Source: an uncultured Selenomonadaceae bacterium (GTDB lineage: Bacteria > Bacillota > Negativicutes > Selenomonadales > Selenomonadaceae). Taken from it: a DNA stretch of 64,000 nucleotides. The stretch is taken from contig CAJOCQ010000014.1 in the NCBI GenBank assembly GCA_905233135.1, positions 4,643 through 68,642 on the forward strand, in the 5' to 3' direction. Every line of letters begins with the position of its first letter. The first letter of the stretch is position 1. A program made the translations under genes and the position numbers. Positions 36,906 to 44,548 of this stretch are shown here, one piece after another. Below the pieces are notes generated by a model. The model searched no databases, was not told the DNA's origin, and saw only the letters and a program-made list of their open reading frames with translations.

Positions 36906-37877
36906 TTAATTTTCCAAGCCGAGTTTCTTTAAAATTTCAATATCACTTTTAATAGTTGTGCCGGAAGTTGTAAGCATATTGCCCGTTATCGAGGCGGATG
37001 CGCCGCTCAAAAATGCTGACGCTCCAAAATCTTTCAAAAGTTTTCTGCCCGCTGCAAGCCGAATATTTGCGGCAGGATTTATATAACGGAAAATTGCAAC
37101 TGTGCGCAAAATTTCTTCAGCGGCAAGCGGCGGGCGATTTTCAAGCGGCGTACCCTTTACCGCCATAAGCGCGTTGATTGGAATTGATTTTATTTTCAAA
37201 TTGAAAAGTTCAAACGCCATATCAATTCTATCTTGCCAATTTTCGCCCATTCCGATAATCCCGCCCGAACAAACATTAAAGCCCGCCGCCTGCGCAATTT
37301 TTATCGTGTTAATCCTGTCGTCGTAAGTATGACTTGTACAAATTTGCGGGAAAAATCTGCGCGAAGTTTCAATGTTATGGTGGTAACTTGTAACGCCCGC
37401 TTCACGAAGTTTTTTAAATTGTTCTGCGTTCAAAATTCCGTGCGACGCGCACAAATCGATTTTAAGATTTTCGCGCAGGAGTTTATAAGTTTCAACAGCT
37501 TTATCAAAATCTGCGCCGCTTAAAGCTCTGCCGCTCGTAACGATTGAAAAGCGATTGACGCCCGCACTTTCGTTCATTTTGGCAACGGCTAAAATTTCTT
37601 TCGCAGGCAAAAAATTATATTCGTCAACGCCTGTATGATTTTTGGCGGATTGCGCGCAGTATTTGCAGTCTTCGCCGCAACGCCCGCTCTTGCCGTTAAT
37701 AATCGTGCAAAGGTCAATATGGTTGCCGAAAAATTTTTTCTGAATCAAACCTGCGCCGCGTTGCAATTCTTCAAGCGGCGTTTCAAGCAAAAATTTTAAA
37801 TCGTCTGCAGGCGTCAAATTTTCGCCGTCAATAATTTTTTCGGCAATTTCCAATGCCGTAAATTTTTCTGTATCCAA
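36906..37877 (-). CDS. bioB: Biotin synthase
   Basis: 323 aa. Radical-SAM motif GRCGEDCKYCAQS, NHNIETS, GGIIGMGE. Confidence 0.9.
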   Translation of the reverse strand: MDTEKFTALEIAEKIIDGENLTPADDLKFLLETPLEELQRGAGLIQKKFFGNHIDLCTIINGKSGRCGEDCKYCAQSAKNHTGVDEYNFLPAKEILAVAKMNESAGVNRFSIVTSGRALSGADFDKAVETYKLLRENLKIDLCASHGILNAEQFKKLREAGVTSYHHNIETSRRFFPQICTSHTYDDRINTIKIAQAAGFNVCSGGIIGMGENWQDRIDMAFELFNLKIKSIPINALMAVKGTPLENRPPLAAEEILRTVAIFRYINPAANIRLAAGRKLLKDFGASAFLSGASASITGNMLTTSGTTIKSDIEILKKLGLEN

Positions 37878-37951
37878 TGCTAAACTCTCCTAAAAATTTT
37901 TCCACTAAAAAATTATTATAAGTGCAAGGCGGTATAAGTGCAAGGCTGACT

Positions 37952-40012
37952 TTAGTACGGTCTGAAGTTTACAAATTTAAAAATAGAAATTCTTTTGTTG
38001 GAGCCGTCTTTCTCTTGAATTTCTTCTACGACGCGCTCACTCGTTGCCGCAAATACGGGAATTTTTAAATTTTTCAATTCCTCAACCATTATAAAAGTAT
38101 AATTAAATTCGCCCTGACAAAGTACGGCGGCAGGCTTGAGCTTTAAAATTTCCTGCAGATTTTTTGAAACCATTTGTTTAATTTCTTTGTTGGTTAAATT
38201 TGGCGGAACATCGGGGAAAGGTAAATTTACAATTCGCCCGAATTTTTCGGCGGCTGATTTTTGTTCCGCGCTCCAATTCGCCGAATCGTGATTGGTATGA
38301 TTGACGAAAATTTTTTCAAGCTGTTTTACTTCGGCGGGTTCTTCAATTTCGGCAAGTTCAATTTTTTTTACGGCTTCAATTTCTTCAAGCCCGCGTTGCA
38401 ATTCGGTTTGTAATTTTTTTGCCGTTGAAAATTTTCCTGTTCCATCTTTACGCGCGTGGTTACTGTGGTTGCGTTCGTCCTTAAACTGAAAATATTTTTC
38501 CATTACGCCGAAAAAAATTTCGCTGTCCATTTTCAAGCGGAAAATTTTTTTATTCAACATATATTCAAGCCTAAAAATTCTTGTGTCGCATTCGTACTCG
38601 GGAAAATATTTCGACAATTCCGCGCCGTTTAAAAATTTAAAAATTTCTTGCAAACGCTGTTTGCCGTATTTAAAATTTTCAAGATTTGCGGCGGCAATAA
38701 TTTTTTTCAGCGGCGAAAGTTCCGCCGCGTCAAGATTCAACAAAATTTTTGGATTGGTATTAATTTCGTCAAAAGTTTTAAAAATTTCTGCGTCAGGGAA
38801 TTTAACTCCGCGCGGCAATTTTTGCCCGTCAAAACATTTTTTTTGCAACTCTCCAAAATTTAAATTTTTACTTTGCACAAACTTTTTAAGAGTCGAAAAA
38901 AATTTTTTGTTCAGCGCGTCAACTGTATTTTCAAAATCTGCGCGAGCATTTGTAAAATCTTTGTCGTCTTCAAGATAATTATTCAAAACGTAAAAGCCGA
39001 GGTTGCGGTTATCCTGCTCCAAAATTTTTTCGACTGTTCGGACGTCATTTTCACGCAGTACAACAAATTTTTCAAAAAGATATTCGGGCACGCGTTCGGT
39101 ATAAAGCGTCAACGCTTGCTGCAAATAGCCGTTCTCAATGCACCAACTTAAAATTTTTAAATCGTCTTCGCCGCGCGTTGCAATAAGCTTTTCGTACTTT
39201 TCACGAATTTTGCCGATTAAGCGCGCCATTAAAATATCTTGAACATTTTCGGGCGTGGTTTCAAAATCGTTAATTGCATCGTGAAGTTGTTTTATAGCGT
39301 CAGTAAATTTCCCGTAACGGCAAAGTTTTATAGCGTCAGCAAAATTTTTCATAGCCGCCAATAAATTTTTCAGTTTTTCAGACTGTTCAATTTGCGCGTA
39401 ATATTTTTTTAAAGCGTTGACGCTGCCGAAATTTATAAATTCTTCTACGCCCGAAATCAGCTGAAACAAATCGTAAATGTTTTTGACTTCTTCAACGCGC
39501 TTTGTTGTGAAATTGGAATAAATCAGCCGCCCGACTTCAACGCCGCTGTATTCCAAAAGGCGCACAATGTCAAGCATCATCATATTAATATGACGCATAC
39601 CGCCCGTTAAATCGACGTGTAAAATAATTTTTTTGCCGCGCGCGTAATTTTGGATACGTTCCGCAATTTCGGCGACGCTTTTTAAATTTTCTTCGCCGTT
39701 GTTATCTTCGTTGTAAGGGTAAATTGTTTCTGCGGTAATGCAATTTTCGGCGTCAAGAAATTTTTGCATTCGGTTTTTAAAATAATCCAAATGAGTTTCA
39801 GAAAAGCCGTTGCCAATTTCGCTACGAATTTTTTTTGAAGCTAAAATAAAAATTTTTGAAAATTTAACGCCGTTCTGCAAAAGATACCGCACCGCAGATT
39901 CATTCGTTGTATGAACTTTTTCGCCTTCAACGTTAGTATAAGGAGTTTCAGAAACTTTGCCGCCGAAAACTTTTACATCGCTTAAAAAAGTCAACAAAAT
40001 ATTTTCTTCCAC
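37952..40012 (-). CDS. CRISPR-associated CARF-HEPN protein (Csx1/TM1812-DxTHG family) with extra C-terminal Csx20-like domain
   Basis: GTG 40012 with AAGGGGGG SD. CARF N-terminus ILLTFLSDV...TTNESAV and HVDLTGGMRH (DxTHG-like). HEPN Rx4H motif ERNHSNH. The last ~120 aa (IFVNHTNHDSANW...VLCQGEFNYTF...FKFVNFRPY) form an additional alpha/beta-looking domain. Confidence 0.7.
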   Translation of the reverse strand: MEENILLTFLSDVKVFGGKVSETPYTNVEGEKVHTTNESAVRYLLQNGVKFSKIFILASKKIRSEIGNGFSETHLDYFKNRMQKFLDAENCITAETIYPYNEDNNGEENLKSVAEIAERIQNYARGKKIILHVDLTGGMRHINMMMLDIVRLLEYSGVEVGRLIYSNFTTKRVEEVKNIYDLFQLISGVEEFINFGSVNALKKYYAQIEQSEKLKNLLAAMKNFADAIKLCRYGKFTDAIKQLHDAINDFETTPENVQDILMARLIGKIREKYEKLIATRGEDDLKILSWCIENGYLQQALTLYTERVPEYLFEKFVVLRENDVRTVEKILEQDNRNLGFYVLNNYLEDDKDFTNARADFENTVDALNKKFFSTLKKFVQSKNLNFGELQKKCFDGQKLPRGVKFPDAEIFKTFDEINTNPKILLNLDAAELSPLKKIIAAANLENFKYGKQRLQEIFKFLNGAELSKYFPEYECDTRIFRLEYMLNKKIFRLKMDSEIFFGVMEKYFQFKDERNHSNHARKDGTGKFSTAKKLQTELQRGLEEIEAVKKIELAEIEEPAEVKQLEKIFVNHTNHDSANWSAEQKSAAEKFGRIVNLPFPDVPPNLTNKEIKQMVSKNLQEILKLKPAAVLCQGEFNYTFIMVEELKNLKIPVFAATSERVVEEIQEKDGSNKRISIFKFVNFRPY

Positions 40013-40025
40013 AATACCGCCCCCC

Positions 40026-41716
40026 TTAAATTTTTTCGATTTCGTCAAGATAATTAACAATCATTTCTTCAAGCTCTGGAATTTCTTTACGCTCGGAGCT
40101 GTTGGCGTGATTTAATTGGTTGCGTTCCCTGCGTATTTCGTAATAGCCGTTCAAAAGTTTAAGCATTTTTTCCTGATTGTTGAGCTTGGATTTTGCAACG
40201 CCGTTTTGCAACATATCAATATAAATTGACGCACGATTTTCCCATTTCGGCTCGGCGGCAACTTCAATTTTTTTCATTGCAGAATTAAGCGCGGCTGTTT
40301 TGTTTATATTTAAAATTTTCAGCAGCGGTTCCGCCTTCAAACTTCCTATGACAGAAAAAAATTTATCATAGTCAAATAAACGCAGAAACTCAAAAAATTT
40401 TTTATTGGCAGGATTTTCTTTGTGCAAAATTTGAAAAGCGTTGAAAAGCAGCGGATATTTTTCCTTAAAAGCATTGACGGGCAAGCGATTATTTACGCAA
40501 TATGAAAACGCGCCGCGCCCTTTGGAATGTTCGGCGGCAAGATTTTTTAAATTGCCGTGTTCTTTGGAAATAAAACCTTCGGCAATAGGATTCGGTAAAT
40601 TTTTTAAAATGCGCCGTAAATCCTTACAAAAAATCTCCAATAAATTTTTTTCAACCTGCGTTGTATTTTGGCGTTGGTAAGAAATTATAAATTGCTGTTG
40701 CCATTCACGCCCGAAAGACAAGCCTTCGTTTTCGGCGTCTTTTTTTATAATGTCGTTCGTAGGTTCAAAAATTTTTCTGTTAATAATTTCTTCAGGAAGC
40801 CATTCAGTGCAAAGTGTCATAGCCTGTTGCCAAAAACCTTTTTTCATACACCAACGAATAATATCAGGGCGCGTGGCGTCACCTTTAATCAAAATTCCGT
40901 ATTCCGCCTCGACTGTCTCAATAATTTTGGCGAAAAGTTCGCTTTGAACGTCCTTGTTTTTTGTATCACGAAAAATTTTAATTTGCGCGCCGAGATTTTT
41001 TAAATCTGATTCAATATCTGCGGTGCGGCAAATTTTTATGGTTTCAGAAAACTTTTTCATAGCGTCCAAAAGTTTTGCGGTGGCGGCGTTGGGATTTTCG
41101 GCAAAATATTCTTGAAGAGCCTCGACACTGCCGAATTTAACAAATTCATCTGCGCCGGTTATCAGCGTAAAAACTTTTTGAATTTCGTTTGCGCGGTAAA
41201 CAATTTTTTTATCGGGGTCTGAATAAAGAATTTCGCCAATTTCAATTCCGCGATACTTTAAAAGTTGAATAACTGACAGCATTAACATTGAAGTATGACG
41301 AAAACCGCCCGTCATATCCGCGTGAATTTTAATTTTTTCGGCGGGAAAATTTTTGGCGTAATTCGTAACGGCGTCTGCAATTTCGGCAATTTGCGAAATA
41401 TTTATTTCCAATTCGGCGTCATCCGAATAATTTAACTCAACAAATTTATCTGCAAGGTGCGGGAACTCTTTGACAATTCGCCGCTTCAAAAATTCCAAAT
41501 GTGTAACCGCGCCAAATTCTGTTTCGCCTTCAACAAAATCATTAAAATTTTCGACAGCGAATTTTTTTTCAGCATTCGTTCAACGTAAACAATCGCAGAT
41601 TCATTTGTTTGAATCGAATCATACGGTGCGCCCTGAATTTTTTCGTAAGCTACGGGATTTTTGACGCGAAATGCACTTACCACGCTGACAAACGCAAGCA
41701 TTATATTTTTTGCCAC
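40026..41716 (-). pseudogene. Second CARF-HEPN Csx1-family gene, interrupted by a frameshift in an A8 (T8 on plus strand) tract
   Basis: The 76-aa ORF (MAKNIMLAFVSVVS...IQTNESAIVYVERMLKK) and the 490-aa ORF (HADMTGGFRH; HEPN RERNQLNH) are N- and C-terminal parts of one protein. One extra A in the run at 41562-41569 restores ...ERMLKKKFAVENFNDFVEGETEFGAVTHLEFLKRRIV... Confidence 0.7.
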
Positions 41717-42660
41717 TAAATCGCCTCCTGTTCTATTGTTGAAAAAATATCGATAACTTTTCGGCGGTAAATTTTTGGAGATATGACTGTTACTGCAACG
41801 CCCAAAAATAATATCCGCGCCAAAATTTCGTCTTCATCGAATTTTAAAAATTTTACCGTCAAAAAATAATTGCCGTCCGAATTGAGCCGCGCCTTTTTAT
41901 CGTACGCGCCGAAAATTGCAAAACACCTTTCTACGGCGTTTCTTGTATTGCGCACCAACAAAGAAATTTCAACCGAGTTTTCGGCGTAAAATTTTTCAAC
42001 TTTTTCTTTAACGCCCGCAGGAACTTTTTCATTTGTCAAAATTACTTTTGGAAGATTTTCGAGCGAAATTTTTTCAACGCAAGATTTTTTGTCCGACCAC
42101 GTTACCAAAAAAAATTTATCGGCGAAATTATCATATTCGAGGCGGTAGGGAATTAAATTTTCTGCGCCTGTCGAAATTATTTTTTGTTCTGTAAGTGCTT
42201 GAATTATCGCTGACAGATTTTCGGAAAAAATGAAACCTGCGCGAGGCTTTGAAGACTTTGAAGTAAATTTGCGCCAAATATTTTTTTCGTAAAGCGGCTT
42301 AACATTTTGCAAGCGTTCCAAAAGTTTTTCGCGCAGATTTTGCGGCAACAAAAAAGCAGTTTCGTCGTCAAGCAAAAAAGTTTTCAGCCAACTAATTTCA
42401 GTATCTGTAACGGGCGCGGAAATTGGCGCGTCGATACAATTTTTGGCAAAGCCGTTTTTTTCGTCAAAAGAAAAAATCGCGTCGATAATTTTTTCTTCGC
42501 GTTCAAAATCGGGGGCTTCATTGTAAAAAAAATTGGGCAAAGTTTGAATGCGCTTTTTAATTTCTGCGCGCGTCAATTTTTTGCCTGAATGAATTTCATT
42601 GACGAGGCGGCACATCAAACTAAACAGGGGATTTTTAATTTCGTCAAACAGGCTCTGCAT
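41716..42660 (-). CDS. WYL-domain-like CRISPR-associated regulator candidate
   Basis: 314 aa. Central segment LIPYRLEYDNFADKFFLVTWSDKKSCVEKISLENL resembles a WYL beta-barrel pattern. Overlaps both neighbours, suggesting translational coupling. Family call from pattern only. Confidence 0.5.
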   Translation of the reverse strand: MQSLFDEIKNPLFSLMCRLVNEIHSGKKLTRAEIKKRIQTLPNFFYNEAPDFEREEKIIDAIFSFDEKNGFAKNCIDAPISAPVTDTEISWLKTFLLDDETAFLLPQNLREKLLERLQNVKPLYEKNIWRKFTSKSSKPRAGFIFSENLSAIIQALTEQKIISTGAENLIPYRLEYDNFADKFFLVTWSDKKSCVEKISLENLPKVILTNEKVPAGVKEKVEKFYAENSVEISLLVRNTRNAVERCFAIFGAYDKKARLNSDGNYFLTVKFLKFDEDEILARILFLGVAVTVISPKIYRRKVIDIFSTIEQEAI

Positions 42661-43849
42661 AATTTTTCAAAACTTCCTTTGCATCGTTTAACATTCTTTC
42701 ACGCAAGCCGTCAACTCCGGGTAAAATTTTCGCCCAAGGCTGAAATTTCCAAAGGCGCGGGTAAAATTGCAGCGGGTCTTCAACTGCTATTGCGCAAATA
42801 AAAAAATTTTGCCCTTCGTCGATAATTTTAAAATCAATTTCCGCGTTCAAAAATTCGATACGTTTATTGCGCTCGGCGGCGTCTTGAAAGGCGACGCGCA
42901 ATTTTATTTCACGCAATTTTTTCTTTGGCGGAGAAAAATTTTGCGCGGGCAAATTTAAAATTTCGGCGTCAACAATTTTATCTGCGCGAAATTTGAAAGT
43001 GTCCTTGCCGCGTACTGCCCAAATATATTGCCTGCAACAAAGAAAATCCGTTTCAATCGCCAAAGGCGTAACGGCAAGCGGCGGATGATTTTCGCGCTTG
43101 TACGAAATTTGCCGCTTGTTGTTAATCGCCTCCAGCGTCAAAAATAAAATATCTTCGTCAAGTATCTGTACAAAATTATTGTTTTTGAATTGAAAAAAAT
43201 TCGGCGTCGACGTTTGAAAAATTTCTTGGAGCGAATCGACGAAAAAATATCCAGCCGCCGAAATCAGCGAAAAATTTTTATAAAAATTTACAGCCGCGCT
43301 TAAAATTTTAATTTCATTGGGCGAAAGTTCGCCAAGCGGATTTTTGAAACGCCTATAAAAAAATTTCCCGTTTTCCAAATAACTTGTTAAGACGCCCGAA
43401 TTTTCCAACGCCTTGACGCGGCGGCGCAAAATTTGCGGCAAATCCTTTTCAAGTTTTTCGGGATTCATTTCAAAAATTTTTTCGCTTACAAGTTCAACAA
43501 TTTCCGAAAGTGACAGCGGCTTTTGCGCCCTTTCCAAAATTTGTAAAATCGTTATGTTATACAAAAAATATTCGGGCAAAACAGTTTTCAGCAAAAAGGA
43601 GCGGTATAAATAATTTTCCGAAGAATAGCCGCTGAAGGTTGTGTAGGAAAATTTTTCGTGGCGGTGCACTTGAATATTTTCAAACGATATAAAAAAGCGA
43701 AGTTGCCTTAAAAAATCGTCGTAAGTGCGCGGCGTAATTCCGTACTTTGAAAATTGCGTGCGGTGGTAGCAACCATACGACACCAAGCGCAAAAATTTTC
43801 TCAAATCCTTGTACGAACGGTTAAACTTGTTAAAAATCTTCGCTGACAT
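42644..43849 (-). CDS. wHTH + WYL-domain regulator candidate
   Basis: ATG 43849 with GGGGGGA SD. wHTH-like LSLSEIVELVSEKI...RRRVKALENSGVL. WYL-like RQISYKRENHPPLAVTPLAIETDFLCCRQYIWAVRGKDTFKFRADKIVDAEIL. Divergent from the cas10 operon. Confidence 0.55.
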   Translation of the reverse strand: MSAKIFNKFNRSYKDLRKFLRLVSYGCYHRTQFSKYGITPRTYDDFLRQLRFFISFENIQVHRHEKFSYTTFSGYSSENYLYRSFLLKTVLPEYFLYNITILQILERAQKPLSLSEIVELVSEKIFEMNPEKLEKDLPQILRRRVKALENSGVLTSYLENGKFFYRRFKNPLGELSPNEIKILSAAVNFYKNFSLISAAGYFFVDSLQEIFQTSTPNFFQFKNNNFVQILDEDILFLTLEAINNKRQISYKRENHPPLAVTPLAIETDFLCCRQYIWAVRGKDTFKFRADKIVDAEILNLPAQNFSPPKKKLREIKLRVAFQDAAERNKRIEFLNAEIDFKIIDEGQNFFICAIAVEDPLQFYPRLWKFQPWAKILPGVDGLRERMLNDAKEVLKNYAEPV

Positions 43850-44010
43850 AAAATCCCCCCGCAATTTTTTTGACAGATTATCATATTTAAAAATTTGACG
43901 CAATGAAAAATTTTGATTTGCAGGATTTTTGAAATGAAATAAATTTTCTGCGCCGCTATAATTCGCACATAAAGTTAATTAACCCCGCACCTTAAAGGAG
44001 GCAAAAAGCA

Positions 44011-44091
44011 ATGGGCAGTTTGTGGGATGTTGTTGTGGATTTAGTGATAGATGAAGTTATAGACGCAGCTTTAGATGAATTGTTTGATTAA
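44011..44091 (+). CDS. Mini-ORF p1, 26 aa acidic peptide MGSLWDVVVDLVIDEVIDAALDELFD
   Basis: AAAGGAGG SD 9 nt before the ATG. Both Ile codons are ATA. Confidence 0.45.
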   Translation: MGSLWDVVVDLVIDEVIDAALDELFD

Positions 44092-44121
44092 TTTTGTTGA
44101 CAGTCGAAAGGGGGTGAAAAA

Positions 44122-44160
44122 ATGATAGAACGTTTGCTTGAGATAATACTTCGCCGCTAA
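44122..44160 (+). CDS. Mini-ORF p2, 12 aa MIERLLEIILRR
   Basis: GAAAGGGGGTGA SD 6 nt before the ATG. Codons: ATG ATA GAA CGT TTG CTT GAG ATA ATA CTT CGC CGC TAA. Confidence 0.45.
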   Translation: MIERLLEIILRR

Positions 44161-44191
44161 TTTTTCTTGACAGTCGAAAGGGGGTGAAAAA

Positions 44192-44230
44192 ATGATAGAA
44201 CGTTTGCTTGAGATAATACTTCGCCGCTAA
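44192..44230 (+). CDS. Mini-ORF p3, identical copy of p2 (MIERLLEIILRR)
   Basis: Same SD and codons as p2. Confidence 0.45.
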   Translation: MIERLLEIILRR

Positions 44231-44261
44231 TCTTTGTTGACATTTGAAAGGGGGTGAAAAA

Positions 44262-44300
44262 ATGATAGGCTCAATACTTCGCATAATACTTCGCCTTTAA
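44262..44300 (+). CDS. Mini-ORF p4, 12 aa MIGSILRIILRL
   Basis: Same SD module. Codons: ATG ATA GGC TCA ATA CTT CGC ATA ATA CTT CGC CTT TAA. Confidence 0.45.
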   Translation: MIGSILRIILRL

Positions 44301-44332
44301 TATTTGTTGACAGCTGAAAGGAAGTGATTTTA

Positions 44333-44389
44333 ATGATGTTACCGTTCCCGTTGCCGTTGCCGTTCCCGTTCCCGTTCCCAAGTTTTTAA
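44333..44389 (+). CDS. Mini-ORF p5, 18 aa MMLPFPLPLPFPFPFPSF
   Basis: Variant SD GAAAGGAAGTGA. The body is a (CCGTTS)x6 hexanucleotide repeat. Confidence 0.4.
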   Translation: MMLPFPLPLPFPFPFPSF

Positions 44390-44436
44390 TTTTAGTTATG
44401 GTTGTTTGAGGAAAAATTTTAGGAGCTGATAAAAAA

Positions 44437-44475
44437 ATGGAATATGACAATAGAACTCGGCGAGCCGTTGCGTGA
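44437..44475 (+). CDS. Mini-ORF p6, 12 aa MEYDNRTRRAVA
   Basis: TAGGAG SD. Contains AGA ACT CGG CGA (three non-CGC Arg codons). Followed by a weak hairpin AAAGC-GCAGCG-GCTTT and a T7 run. Confidence 0.3.
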   Translation: MEYDNRTRRAVA

Positions 44476-44548
44476 TAAAGCGCAGCGGCTTTTTTTGCAG
44501 GAAAAATTTTTATATTGTTGAAATCAAAATTTAAAGGAGGGGATTTTT

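Larger units (their letters stand above)
44092..44389 (+). repeat. Four tandem ~70-nt cassette units, each a conserved 5' module plus a mini-ORF
   Basis: Units are 44092-44160, 44161-44230, 44231-44300 and 44301-44389. All share TTGTTGACAG(T/C)(C/T)GAAAGG(G/A)(G/A)GTGA..ATGAT. Units 1 and 2 are identical apart from 5 nt at the 5' end. Confidence 0.9.

Noticed and set aside
43899-43991. Possible CreA-like psi-repeats: GATTTGCAGGATTTTTGAAAT resembles the repeat 3' end, and CCCCGCACC (43983-) resembles the G6A repeat 5' end
   Set aside because: Only about 14/19 and 7-8 nt match, in an AT-rich region where TTTTGAAA is common. There is no repeat hairpin. The intervening 47 nt is not complementary to the mini-ORFs. 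This is too weak to call without small-RNA data.
44096-44101. The TTGACA in each mini-ORF cassette unit as an individual -35 promoter element
   Set aside because: At 17-18 nt downstream only AAATGA or AATGAT is available, and a start site there would remove the SD and AUG. It more likely belongs to a conserved RNA or 5' module. Left open pending 5'-end mapping.
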